Source: Candidatus Atabeyarchaeum deiterrae
GTDB taxonomy: Archaea > Asgardarchaeota > Atabeyarchaeia > Atabeyarchaeales > Atabeyarchaeaceae
DNA length: 64,000 nt
Assembly (NCBI GenBank): GCA_037310415.1
Contig: CP147780.1
Coordinates: 1,312,001 to 1,376,000, forward strand
Direction: 5' to 3'
Positions 47,357 through 57,493 of this stretch are shown in pieces (position 1 is the first letter of the stretch; each line of letters begins with the position of its first letter). A program made the translations under genes and the position numbers. The notes below the pieces were generated by a model. It saw only the letters and a program-made list of their open reading frames with translations, did no database searches and was not told where the DNA came from.

Positions 47357-48745
47357 TTGAACGATGTCTTGGAGAAGGCTCTGGATTACTCTCAAAGGTT
47401 GGGTTCCTCTTACACAGACATGAGAGCTGAGACTACTTTCTCAACCTCGGTCATGGTTGGCGACAAGACAATTGATCAAGCAACATCAAGCTTCAGTGAA
47501 GGTGTCGGAATCAGAGTTCTGGCCAATGGTGCTTGGGGTTTCTCAGCCACATCAGACACGTCACGAAATGAGATCATGAAGAGTGTCGAGGCAGCTTTTA
47601 AGATGGCGAAGGGGATAGGCGAGCACCTCAGGGAAAAAGTCAATATAGCCAGCATTCCCCCAGTTAAAGATTCAAGCAAAAGTAAGGCAGAGACACCATT
47701 CTCAGAGGTTCCCATTGAAAGGAAAATCCAGTTGGCTTTAAGACTAAGTGAAACAATCCGAGAGAACTCAGCAGTTACTAGCGCTTCTGTCAACTACAGT
47801 GACTCATACGGAAGATCGATGTTCCTAAGCAGTGATGGATCAAGAATATCAGGTGAGCCTTCGAGGGGAACGATAGTATTCATCGCCGTGGCGAAAGAGG
47901 GCGACAAGATCCGCCAGTACAGAAAGAGAATCGGTGACATTGGCGGATATGAGAAACTTGAGAAAAAAGACCCTGAATCCGCTGCCAGATTTGCCGCTGA
48001 AAGAGCTTCTGCTCTGCTGAAAGCTGAGCAAGCTCCTGGTGGTCGCTTCACGGTGGTCGCAGATCCTGAGCATATTGGAGTCTTTGCTCATGAAGCGCTC
48101 GGGCATGCTACTGAAGCTGACTTCGTCATATCTGGAGAGAGCATTCTGACCGGGAAACTCGGGGAAAAAGTTGGGATGGAAAACGTGACGATTTTGGACG
48201 ATCCAACCATTGACGGTTATGGTTCATTCAAGTATGACTCCGAAGGAACACCTGCCAAGAAAAGAACACTCGTTGACAAAGGTGTCCTGAAGGAATACAT
48301 ACTGAACAGAGAAGCCGCGGCGAAGTTGAAACTAGCACCAAATGGAGGAGCGCGCGCTCTCGGGTACCAGTTCCGCCCGATCCCGCGGATGTCAAACACG
48401 TTTATTGCTCCTGGGGACTACTCATTTGAAGAACTAGTTGAGGATATTGACAGCGGGATATATGTTAAAGGGACTAGAGGTGGCCAGGTGAATATAGCCA
48501 TTGGTTCATTTCAGTTCTCGGCACAAGAGGCCTTCTTGATAGAGAAAGGAGAGATCACGAAGCCTCTCCTCGACGTCTCCCTGAGCGGGCTAACTCTTGA
48601 GACTCTCCAGAACATAGATGCGGTTGGAAAAGACTTCTCGCTGACAGGCATAGGATTCTGCGGGAAAGGCGAACAGAACAACTTACCTACTGGAACCGGA
48701 GGGCCATCTGTTAGAATAAGAAACACCGTGGTTGGAGGAGGATAA
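47357..48745 (+). CDS. tldD: TldD metalloprotease
   Basis: GVGIRVLANGAWGFS, HEALGHATEAD, YDSEG, PRMSNT, GFCGKG; probable TTG start (ORF from 47204). Confidence 0.93.
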   Translation: MNDVLEKALDYSQRLGSSYTDMRAETTFSTSVMVGDKTIDQATSSFSEGVGIRVLANGAWGFSATSDTSRNEIMKSVEAAFKMAKGIGEHLREKVNIASIPPVKDSSKSKAETPFSEVPIERKIQLALRLSETIRENSAVTSASVNYSDSYGRSMFLSSDGSRISGEPSRGTIVFIAVAKEGDKIRQYRKRIGDIGGYEKLEKKDPESAARFAAERASALLKAEQAPGGRFTVVADPEHIGVFAHEALGHATEADFVISGESILTGKLGEKVGMENVTILDDPTIDGYGSFKYDSEGTPAKKRTLVDKGVLKEYILNREAAAKLKLAPNGGARALGYQFRPIPRMSNTFIAPGDYSFEELVEDIDSGIYVKGTRGGQVNIAIGSFQFSAQEAFLIEKGEITKPLLDVSLSGLTLETLQNIDAVGKDFSLTGIGFCGKGEQNNLPTGTGGPSVRIRNTVVGGG

Positions 48746-48751
48746 CTGGAA

Positions 48752-50185
48752 GTGAAGACCGGCAAGTCCAAGAAAGAGATAACTGGAGAAAGCAGTAGCA
48801 GCATGGATGCCAGCTTAGTTCCAGTAGCCTCCAAAGCTGTGACTACTGCAGAGAAAATGGGTGCTGCCCAAGTAGAGGCTTATGCACTACGCAGAGTTAT
48901 CTCAACATGCTCGATAGAGAAGCTTGAAGTTACGTTTGCCCAGCGCAAGGTCCAAGCTGGAGTAGGGATCCGCGTTGCGCTAGAAAAAAGGATCGGGTTT
49001 TCATGTACTTCAAGCTTGTCAGACGGACCAATAAAGGAAACCATTGAGAAAGCGCTGAAGGTGGCTCGAGCAAAGGAAGACGATCCAAGGTTTGACTCCT
49101 TCCCATCAAAGAGCCATTACCAAGAAGTACCTGGGATCTTCGACAGGCAAGTGAAGGAATCTCCAATTGAAGATTTGATCAGCAGAGGAAGATCCCTCGC
49201 TGAGACGATGCGGGAAAGCGACAAGAGAATAAAATCTGGTAGCGGCACATTGGCGTATATTGCATACAACAGAGGCATAGCAAACAGTTCTGGCGTAGAC
49301 CTTGAAGAGACTGATACTGTTGTTGATTGCCGAGTGTCGTCGATGGCAAAGGACGATGGCGATGTTTCAGGTGTGGACTACTTGGAATTGGGCAGAAATG
49401 CAGGAGATGTAGATGTTGAACGAGTTGGCGCCACAGTCTCCAAGTTGACCGTCGACCAGCTTGCGAGAAAACCCATTGAAACGAAGAACATGGATCTGGT
49501 GCTACATTCTTATGCAATAGGTGAACTCTTCTCTCACACTCTCCATCCAGCCTTCATGGGTGACAACCTCTCGCGCAAAAGGACTCCGTTTGCGGGAAAA
49601 CTTGGTGAAAAACTTGTCTCAGAACTTATCTCGATTGACGATAACGGTATTATCACAAACGGGTTGGCTTCGCAGTCGTTCGACGATGAAGGAAATCCGA
49701 GAAGAAACACGAATCTCATCGAGAAGGGAGTTGTCAAATCATTCGTCTATGATTCCCTGTGGGCTAACCAGGCCAAGGAACAGAGCACTGGGAACTCATG
49801 CAGAAAGGAAGGAACGGGATTGAGAACGTACGGCTCTGAACCGGTAATTGAAACGACTAACATAGTTGTCAATCGAGGCGACAGAAGTTTCGACGAGCTG
49901 GTATCCGAGGTGGACGACGGAGTACTTGCTTACATGGTACTAGGTGCTCATACATCGAATCCGGCGTCAGGCGCATTCTCAATAGCAGGTCAGACAGTCT
50001 TCAGAATTGAACATGGAGAAATAACGTACCCAGTCAAGGAAGCAATGATGGGTGGCAATCTGATTCAGCTTCTCAGCCACGTTACTGGCGTGGCCAATGA
50101 TGTGAGAACGTATGAAGATGAGCTGAGACATAGAGTTACGATTGCACCGTCGCTAAGGTTCTCAGACCTGAAGATATCAGCATAA
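48752..50185 (+). CDS. pmbA: PmbA/TldE
   Basis: GVGIRV, SFDDEG, STGN, H.SNP.SG.FS, GEITYPVKE; no HExxH; follows tldD. Confidence 0.92.
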   Translation: MKTGKSKKEITGESSSSMDASLVPVASKAVTTAEKMGAAQVEAYALRRVISTCSIEKLEVTFAQRKVQAGVGIRVALEKRIGFSCTSSLSDGPIKETIEKALKVARAKEDDPRFDSFPSKSHYQEVPGIFDRQVKESPIEDLISRGRSLAETMRESDKRIKSGSGTLAYIAYNRGIANSSGVDLEETDTVVDCRVSSMAKDDGDVSGVDYLELGRNAGDVDVERVGATVSKLTVDQLARKPIETKNMDLVLHSYAIGELFSHTLHPAFMGDNLSRKRTPFAGKLGEKLVSELISIDDNGIITNGLASQSFDDEGNPRRNTNLIEKGVVKSFVYDSLWANQAKEQSTGNSCRKEGTGLRTYGSEPVIETTNIVVNRGDRSFDELVSEVDDGVLAYMVLGAHTSNPASGAFSIAGQTVFRIEHGEITYPVKEAMMGGNLIQLLSHVTGVANDVRTYEDELRHRVTIAPSLRFSDLKISA

Positions 50186-50236
50186 TGGATCTGGAAGAAA
50201 CCCATCTATCTCCTTTTCTTCTTGGCTCATCACGAG

Positions 50237-51493
50237 TCATCTGGTTATCATCACAGTGACTCTCTTATAGATCTCTCCCACGGATTCCATGGCTCTTTTG
50301 CTGGCTTCATTCTTGGATCTGCCAGTTCTATGAACTGTGCAGATAGGATCACCTCGCTCCAGAATTGCCCCTTCAGGAGATATGTCCCCTACTCCAACGA
50401 CTCCGCCTAGGTCACCTAGAACACATCTCTCCTTGGCGAAAGGTATCATCTTGGTAGCATATCTGATGGCACTAGGAATGGTACTACTCATTCCATCTCT
50501 GAAGACTTTTACATGTTCACTAACGAGATTCATTCCCGTTGCTAACTCCACGCATTCTAGCGTCCCTTGGAAACGAGGGTTGCATTCAATCAAAACAGGT
50601 TTGTTGTCCACTGCCCGCAGGACAAAATCGAAGCCATTAGATCCAACCAACTTGAGCTCCTCTCCAAGACTTTGAGCTGCGCAGGCAATCGCCTTCGCCT
50701 TCATGCCTTTGTTCGACAGATCAAGGGGAACAACATTGCCGCACCAAACAAAAGGTGCTCTTGCCCCGAGTTCCTTCAGCCCTATCAACTGCTCATTCAC
50801 GCTGACCGCAGTACACTTGCTTCCGTCCCCCAATACTGATGCGCTCACATTCTCTCCCCTGATATATTCTTGGACAATGATTGTCCCGCCGAATTTGGGC
50901 TTCATTTCATTCGTGTACTGGTCTTCAAGCTCGGACTTGTCTTTCGCGAGTTGGATGCCGAGACCTCCGCCACCTTCCATGGGTTTCAGGACAACTGGAT
51001 ACCCAATCGTTTCAGCCGAGCGCAACAATTCCTGTAGGCTCGAAACCTGAAGAGTCACAGGAGCAGGTATTCCAAGTCTTGAGGCCGTCTTATAAAGGCG
51101 GAAGCGGTCTCTGACCTTTCTCACAGTCTCGACGGGGTTCCCGAACACTGGTCCAATCCTTGCAAGTTCTTTCCACAGATCTGGACGGTCGTCAAGCCCG
51201 CTACCAATAAGAACAAAGTCAACCTCACTGACATGCCTCTGAGAAATCCTCTTCGCCCCTTCAACTAGCAACTCACAAGTAGGTCTACTTAGTTGCTCTC
51301 TTGGTCTCTCACCAGCAGTTTGCTTCAGAACTGCTTCAATGTCATCTACTGATCTAACGAGATCAATGTCACCCCAGTAGTCAACGGCCAACACCTTGAG
51401 GCCCATCCTCTTAGCTGAAAAGACTATAGGCCTCGCGTTGAAGCCGACAACAAGAGCGGTATCTCCCTTGCTATCTGTCCTATTGACGGTCAT
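50237..51493 (-). CDS. ATP-grasp protein (COG2232-like)
   Basis: GFNARP..SA.R.G..V..VDYWGD.D, GNP, VLKP..GGGG.GI, QEYI.G, GSNGFDF, ECNPRFQGT; ORF to 51526. Confidence 0.85.
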   Translation of the reverse strand: MTVNRTDSKGDTALVVGFNARPIVFSAKRMGLKVLAVDYWGDIDLVRSVDDIEAVLKQTAGERPREQLSRPTCELLVEGAKRISQRHVSEVDFVLIGSGLDDRPDLWKELARIGPVFGNPVETVRKVRDRFRLYKTASRLGIPAPVTLQVSSLQELLRSAETIGYPVVLKPMEGGGGLGIQLAKDKSELEDQYTNEMKPKFGGTIIVQEYIRGENVSASVLGDGSKCTAVSVNEQLIGLKELGARAPFVWCGNVVPLDLSNKGMKAKAIACAAQSLGEELKLVGSNGFDFVLRAVDNKPVLIECNPRFQGTLECVELATGMNLVSEHVKVFRDGMSSTIPSAIRYATKMIPFAKERCVLGDLGGVVGVGDISPEGAILERGDPICTVHRTGRSKNEASKRAMESVGEIYKRVTVMITR

Positions 51494-51620
51494 CTTTTTG
51501 GGTCCCTTCTCCCGACAAAGAAACAATCATCACAAACGGCTAATGCTACAACTTAATAAATAAAACTGAGGTAAGTGATTTATAAAACTTAACGAGCGCA
51601 GTCTTTTTGGAGGATGGTTC

Positions 51621-52373
51621 TTGATGAAAGTGGTCTTGATCGGCTCTGGGGGAAGTGCAATTTCTCCCGATCGCTCGCTCCCTTCGATTCTGGTAGACCG
51701 AGACGTACTTTTTGACTGCGGCGAAGGAGCAACACAATCACTTCTTAGAAGAATGGGGTCACTGAACTCGTTGAAGCAAGTCTTCATCACGCACCTTCAC
51801 TGCGACCACATTTCTGGTTTCATGACTCTGGTATGGGCAATGTGGCTGAGAGATCAGAGAAAGGAACCACTCACGGTAATCGGGCCCGAAAAAACGAACA
51901 GCACAATCATGGATCTACTCAAGACGGTCAACACTCCGCTCGAATCCGTGACTTTCCCCCTCAAGTTCGTTGAGTTGAATCCAGGAGAGAAGTACGGGAC
52001 CATGATCTCGACAACGAAATCAATCCATAATCCAACTTGCATATGTTATCGTTGTGAGAGAGATGACTCCTCACTTTGCTACACTGGTGACACTGCGCCT
52101 TCTAAAGATGTTTCGAAACTAGCCTCCGGCTGCAAGTTACTCATACATGATTCCGCCTTCCCCGAAGATATGGCTGACAAAGCGAAGAAAGCCAACCATT
52201 CAACTACCGTCGAAGCTGCAGCAATAGCAAGAGAAGCTGGGGTAAAGACTTTGGTCCTCTTTCACTGGAGTCATGTCTCCGAAGGAAAAGAGCAATCCCT
52301 CGTAACTCAGGCGAAGAGAGTGTTCAAAGGTGAAGTGCTCCTCGGAAGAGATGGATTGGAGATAGCACTTTGA
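51621..52373 (+). CDS. RNase Z-like MBL-fold hydrolase
   Basis: FDCGEG, THLHCDH, YTGDT, LIHD, HST, LVLFH. Confidence 0.85.
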   Translation: MMKVVLIGSGGSAISPDRSLPSILVDRDVLFDCGEGATQSLLRRMGSLNSLKQVFITHLHCDHISGFMTLVWAMWLRDQRKEPLTVIGPEKTNSTIMDLLKTVNTPLESVTFPLKFVELNPGEKYGTMISTTKSIHNPTCICYRCERDDSSLCYTGDTAPSKDVSKLASGCKLLIHDSAFPEDMADKAKKANHSTTVEAAAIAREAGVKTLVLFHWSHVSEGKEQSLVTQAKRVFKGEVLLGRDGLEIAL

Positions 52374-52539
52374 CCCTCACTTCTGAGACAGCCAGATTGG
52401 ATTCCTAAGGGACAGGAAGACCATGATTGATTGGCAAAAGTTGATAAGCCAACGAGCACATTTTATTTGTGGGGATCCTGCCTTCCAAGAAAACTTCTGC
52501 TTACATCATATCCAAGCATTAGTGATGGTGACCTAAAGA

Positions 52540-54051
52540 TTGCCAGACAAAGATGAAAGCAAGCCGAAGAAGATTGAAGATGAGTTAAGAGAGGAGCAGG
52601 AAAAAGTTGTCAAGAACCTGCTCAGTGAGATGGGTCTTACATCCAAAGAAGTTGAAACCATTCTGGAGCCTGCTGGCGGAGCAGATGGCGGTCCCGGCGG
52701 ACCAGAACCAGCTGGAGGAAACACTGCTGAGGAAGTCAGCGAAGTGCCTGTGGGTTCGCCTGAGCCGCAATCAGAGGAAGTGTCGACTATTCCTACTAAG
52801 ACGGGTGCGCCAGAAGGTGGTCCAGAAGGCGAGGGCATGGGTGCCATGCCCGGTATTGAGTCCATATTCTCCAAGTTTGATGATATGACCAGAACAGTTT
52901 CAGCGCTTGAGCGGGGAATAGCGGCTAGTCTGTCTACGAAATTACTCGAATTCCGTCGGGACCTCATTGACCTTAGAGTAGAAATCGCAAACAAACTGAC
53001 AGAAAGACTTAGAATGAAGGCATTTGCCCCAATGGTTGAACGCGCTATTTCCGAGGTTGTCGTAGACGAAGTTAAGAGACTCGAAGAAAGTCTATTGGAA
53101 TCATTTTCAAAGGAAATCATTAGCAAGTTCAAGAACTTCAGGGAGGATATATCGGGTTCCAAACAGAGAATACTCGACGCGATACAGGAGCAAGCCGACA
53201 TCTATGGTGCACACGGAAGAAGCCTGGAAGACGAAGTAACGCTGAAAGAGAGACAGATAAAGGATCTGAAGGGAGAGTTGGCAAAACGGGAAACAATCAT
53301 TTCGGAACAGGTGTCCATGATAACGGAATATGAGAAACGCACAGGCAAACTAGAGGCGGAATTGAATGAGGCCGCGGGTTCCCCACAGGCCGGCATAATT
53401 CTAGTCAACGACTTGAAAGCGAAGGTAGAAGCTCAACAGTCAACAATAGATCGACTGAAGTCTCAGGTAATCGAGTCAAGTGAACTCAAGGCAAGAGTGA
53501 AGGCATACGAGGACAGCAATGAAGAGAAGAGAAAGAAGATCGAGGAACTTAATGACAAAGTAATGGAACTTGAAGGAAAATACGCTGAAGCTGCAGAGAA
53601 GGCGAGAGACCTTGTCCCACAAAATGTCTCTCTGAGAGCCGAAAACGACAAGCTGAGAGCCGAAAACCTTGCAACAGTGAAAGACAGAAGCAGGGCGATA
53701 GAACTCGACGCATCACTACAGAGAGCGAAGCAGGAAATCCAAGATTTGAAGGGCATCATAGAAGAGACGGAGGACAGAGTGGAACAGAGAAAAGCAGAAG
53801 TTGCCAGAATAGTGAAAGTCATGTCGAAGGAGCCAAAGTATAAGGTACTTACAATACTAAAGGATCTGGGTACTCTGAACTACACCGAAATTGCTCGGGC
53901 AATAGGTCAGCCAGTTGCCATAGCAAAGAGATATTCACAGGAACTTCAGCAAGATGGGTATGTCAAGATAGAGGACGTCAATGTAACTGGAGTCGGCGAA
54001 TGGGCTAAGAGAGTGGGAAGCGAATCAAAAGAGACCAAGCGAAGCGCCTAA
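52540..54051 (+). CDS. Long coiled-coil protein with acidic G/P-rich N-terminal linker and C-terminal winged HTH
   Basis: About 300 aa of heptad-like E/K-rich sequence; KYKVLTILKDLGTLNYTEIARAIGQPVAIAKRYSQELQQDGYVKI. Confidence 0.8.
   Translation: MPDKDESKPKKIEDELREEQEKVVKNLLSEMGLTSKEVETILEPAGGADGGPGGPEPAGGNTAEEVSEVPVGSPEPQSEEVSTIPTKTGAPEGGPEGEGMGAMPGIESIFSKFDDMTRTVSALERGIAASLSTKLLEFRRDLIDLRVEIANKLTERLRMKAFAPMVERAISEVVVDEVKRLEESLLESFSKEIISKFKNFREDISGSKQRILDAIQEQADIYGAHGRSLEDEVTLKERQIKDLKGELAKRETIISEQVSMITEYEKRTGKLEAELNEAAGSPQAGIILVNDLKAKVEAQQSTIDRLKSQVIESSELKARVKAYEDSNEEKRKKIEELNDKVMELEGKYAEAAEKARDLVPQNVSLRAENDKLRAENLATVKDRSRAIELDASLQRAKQEIQDLKGIIEETEDRVEQRKAEVARIVKVMSKEPKYKVLTILKDLGTLNYTEIARAIGQPVAIAKRYSQELQQDGYVKIEDVNVTGVGEWAKRVGSESKETKRSA
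53632..53667 (+). repeat. 15-bp direct repeat at 21-bp (one-heptad) period in coiled coil
   Basis: CTGAGAGCCGAAAAC at 53632 and 53653 (LRAENDK LRAENLA). Confidence 0.8.
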
Positions 54052-54356
54052 TAATAGATCTTTCAAGCATCCGCGCTGGTTGTCCTCATTATTTACTTTG
54101 TGACGCAATGCATGGACTTCACCATGATAGAACGTTTCTATTTCTGTGACATTTTTTCGCGAGTACGTTGAGTGAAAGAAAGAAATTCCCTCCTGGTTCC
54201 CACTGTTCTTAACCGACTTCTGCCAGTCTTGTTGGGCCTATGCTATTCATTTGCGAAGATCGTTGCGAACTTCTCATAATAACAGACGGAAAAAGGTAAA
54301 CATGAGCTATGTTTATGAATCCTAGTTGCCTTTTCTCAAATAACGAGGAGTCACAG

Positions 54357-55121
54357 ATGACAGAAGTAGCAGCGAGGAATTTGGCTTCGATGTCCGATGA
54401 GAAACTGGAGAGGCTCTATGCTTACCTGAAGACGCTATACACTGTCAACGCTATTGTCCTCACAAAACTTGGTATGAGCCGCTTTGTGTCCGATACTTAC
54501 GACGAGCGCATGCAAGATGCCGAGCAGATCTATGGTGCAAACGGAAGAAGTTTTGCCCAACAGACGGCTGACTACTTGAAGTACCATTTCTTGGGAGGTA
54601 TTCTGAGAAACGATGACAGCGGGAACAGGATCTGCTTCTCTGAAGGTTACTCCCCGAAGTATTTTGAAAAGAAACACGGATTGAGGCCGATCATATCAGC
54701 CTTTTCAACAATTTGGGCAGATCCGCTTGTTGGAATAGGAGGGGTAATTGCCCATTGCATATCGAAAAGATATGATCGAAGCGCGATAGGGCAAGCCGAA
54801 GAAAGATACTTGAATATTTGGAAGCAGAGAATTGCGAGTGATAACAGTGCCAAGATATTGAAACTGGAGATAGATGATACCGGTCAAAGGATGGAAGAGA
54901 TGATAGTAATCGGCTGGGAATTCGATGAGAACAAGAAATTCGATTCACAAAAAGTAACGGATCGGATTTTCAGCTACCTTGACGGAGAAACGTGTCTCGA
55001 TGAGAGCAATGTGAGAAAAATGCTTGTCGAGAACCCGATATTGAATGCCATCGATGAAAAGCAACCCAGCGCGCTGAGAGTGAACAACCTCAAGAGTGCA
55101 ATGGGGATGGTTGGCTCTTAG
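54357..55121 (+). CDS. Hypothetical protein
   Basis: Long ORF (from 54309) with GAGGAG SD before ATG 54357; no family recognised. Confidence 0.7.
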   Translation: MTEVAARNLASMSDEKLERLYAYLKTLYTVNAIVLTKLGMSRFVSDTYDERMQDAEQIYGANGRSFAQQTADYLKYHFLGGILRNDDSGNRICFSEGYSPKYFEKKHGLRPIISAFSTIWADPLVGIGGVIAHCISKRYDRSAIGQAEERYLNIWKQRIASDNSAKILKLEIDDTGQRMEEMIVIGWEFDENKKFDSQKVTDRIFSYLDGETCLDESNVRKMLVENPILNAIDEKQPSALRVNNLKSAMGMVGS

Positions 55122-55166
55122 CCAGCTGACACAGACCAAGGTTCTGATCGTTGACTTCTGCTATGC

Positions 55167-56474
55167 CTATATGAGAACTTCCTCTTTCTCAACTTTGCGG
55201 TTAGCGACGCTGAGTGTGTCGGTATCAATCTTTGCGCCACTGTATAGTGTCGTGACTTTCTCCCCTCTGTACAAGGCATCCGCCATTCTCCCAACTGCAT
55301 CTGCTTTCATAATCCCTGAGCCACTGTCACCTGTGACAAGAATCATTCCAGCTTCTTTGTACACGTATGGCACGGCGTCAAAACTATATGCATACGCCCC
55401 CGCCCAACCGCTTGCTGGTCGAACATCTCTGAACGATGGCAAGTACGTTGAAAGCACTGGGTACATGCTCTGTTCGAAGTAGCTTTGCTCACTCTTCCAG
55501 TCATCTTCGCTCTGTACATATTTGAAGGTTCTTCCCAACTTGTCTGCGCATCCAACCCAGAATGATTCCTCTTGCCTGACTGGACGAAGGTAGACCCCTC
55601 TGGGAAGGATCGTGAATGGAAGTAAATTGAATCTGCTGAAACCTTTAGCGTTGAGGATTGATCTCAAGGAATGACTGTCTGCGGTTGAAACTCTGAAAAG
55701 CTGCCTCTTCTTGGCCTTCACACGACCATCGATGCCAATTGGATCAGTGAGCTGGTTGACCCACGTTCCTGCAGCCACAATAACAGTGTCCGCCCTGAGC
55801 TCACTAGACGCGGTTCTCACGCCAACTACACTTGCATCTTGCCAAACAAATGGTTCACCTGGAACGCCGAGCTTGTTTGCAGGTTCAAGAAGCAATCCTT
55901 TGACATCTGTGTTAAACATCGGCTTGACTCTTGACATCTTTACAAACTCATTCTTGTAGAAGGTTACAAGCTTGCTTGGGTCTAAGGTTCCGCACTTAGG
56001 GCCGAAGAGTCCAGCGTGAATATCCTGCAAGTTCATTATTTTCGCTTCCTCGTCTTCGGAGACTCTCATTTTGAGTTCTGGGAGTCTCTTCTTCAGTTCC
56101 TGCCCCTCGTAAAGCTGGTACTTGATGCTGTTTGAATCCATCTTGTCCATCCATTTCTTGGTCAATGGGTCGCTCACCTGTTTTTCTGTGAGGAGCCACA
56201 AATAACCCACGAGTTGCAGGTCAAGATCGAATTTCATGTTATCTTGGACGTTAATGAAGAAACTGATGGTGGTGTCCGTTAGAATCTGATTCGTTCTGGA
56301 AGAGAACATGTTTCTGAATGCCGCAGCACTCATAGCGGTATTGGCTTGACCGGCGTCAGCAAGCTTGTCAACTAGAAGAATCTTCTTGGTGGGATTATTC
56401 TTCTGCAAGTGATATGCTGATGCCAATCCGAATACCCCAGCGCCAATGACTATTATGTCGAACTTCTCACTCAT
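55167..56474 (-). CDS. FAD-dependent oxidoreductase, sarcosine oxidase beta / proline dehydrogenase family
   Basis: IIVIGAGVFG.ASAYHL, GQANT..SAAAFR, GYLWL, VAAGTW, GWAGAY, SGSGIMKADAVGR; ORF to 56645. Confidence 0.9.
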   Translation of the reverse strand: MSEKFDIIVIGAGVFGLASAYHLQKNNPTKKILLVDKLADAGQANTAMSAAAFRNMFSSRTNQILTDTTISFFINVQDNMKFDLDLQLVGYLWLLTEKQVSDPLTKKWMDKMDSNSIKYQLYEGQELKKRLPELKMRVSEDEEAKIMNLQDIHAGLFGPKCGTLDPSKLVTFYKNEFVKMSRVKPMFNTDVKGLLLEPANKLGVPGEPFVWQDASVVGVRTASSELRADTVIVAAGTWVNQLTDPIGIDGRVKAKKRQLFRVSTADSHSLRSILNAKGFSRFNLLPFTILPRGVYLRPVRQEESFWVGCADKLGRTFKYVQSEDDWKSEQSYFEQSMYPVLSTYLPSFRDVRPASGWAGAYAYSFDAVPYVYKEAGMILVTGDSGSGIMKADAVGRMADALYRGEKVTTLYSGAKIDTDTLSVANRKVEKEEVLI

Positions 56475-56671
56475 GTCAGAGTCCCGCCTATTCATTGTGG
56501 ATTCTATAAAATGAGTACATGGATGATTGCGTCTCTTCGTCGTAATTGATTTTGCATGGCATATAAGCATTCTCTTAAGATTACAGGAGAGTTGCAACGA
56601 AGCGATGACGAAAATCGTTATAACAATGATTGCCATAAAGTTCACTCAATAGTTGTTGCAATGAGGTGTGT

Positions 56672-57412
56672 ATGGAATTGGAGTTTCCTCCTCGTGCAGA
56701 GTGGGTCTTGTATTTGGGCTGCTGGGCATCGTATCGGGCAGTCGAGTCAGCCTACTGTACTGCAAAGATCCTTGAGAATCTTCAAGTAGATTTCACAGTG
56801 CTCGGAAAGGATGAGAAATGCTGTGGCATGCCCTTCGTCGAAATGGGAGAAGGCGAAAAGGCACAGAAACTGGCGCTATCTAATCTCACCACAGCTCGAG
56901 CGAAAGGCGCAACGAAGATTCTGGCGGTCTGCCCAGGTTGCTACCACTCAATGAAACAGGCACTGCCAAAGTTTGCTTCCGAAGAGATGGAAGTCCACCA
57001 TATATCTACATTCATTAACAACAAGATAGAGAAGGGGGAGATAGACCTCACCAAGCCGCTGAATGCTAAGGTCACTTATCATGACCCCTGTAAACTTGCA
57101 AGATACTATAACATAATGGAAGAGCCGAGATCAACAATTAAGAAAATCAAGGGAGTTCAATTCGTCGAGCTCCAGCACTCAGGACTCGAAGCCAGGTGCT
57201 GTGGGCGAGTGTACGAGAAGGAACTGGCTGAATTGACTGTTGCAATGAGTAAAGAAAGAATTGAAGAAGCCGCCTCAGCAAAAGCTCAAGTCATCGCAAC
57301 GTCTTGCCCGATCTGCGCTCGGAACCTTCTAATAGGAGCCCAGTCCGCGAAAAAGAATATCACCGTATATGATCTTCCAGTGCTGGTTGCGAAACAGGCT
57401 GGCTATGTCTAA
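56672..57412 (+). CDS. Two-CCG-domain Fe-S protein (LutA/GlcF/HdrB-like)
   Basis: YLGC, EKCCG, CPGC, TYHDPCxLAR, CCG, TSCPIC. Confidence 0.9.
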   Translation: MELEFPPRAEWVLYLGCWASYRAVESAYCTAKILENLQVDFTVLGKDEKCCGMPFVEMGEGEKAQKLALSNLTTARAKGATKILAVCPGCYHSMKQALPKFASEEMEVHHISTFINNKIEKGEIDLTKPLNAKVTYHDPCKLARYYNIMEEPRSTIKKIKGVQFVELQHSGLEARCCGRVYEKELAELTVAMSKERIEEAASAKAQVIATSCPICARNLLIGAQSAKKNITVYDLPVLVAKQAGYV

Positions 57413-57493
57413 AGGTCTCAGAAAAGCAAATAGCACATTCGCAAGTAGAGCAGAAAAAACTATTCAAAAACTCACTGAAGAGGTAATGGTCAG

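Noticed and set aside
47357-51493. TldD/PmbA next to an ATP-grasp ligase as a RiPP cluster
   Set aside because: Convergent orientation, no precursor peptide or transporter; both are common housekeeping families in archaea.
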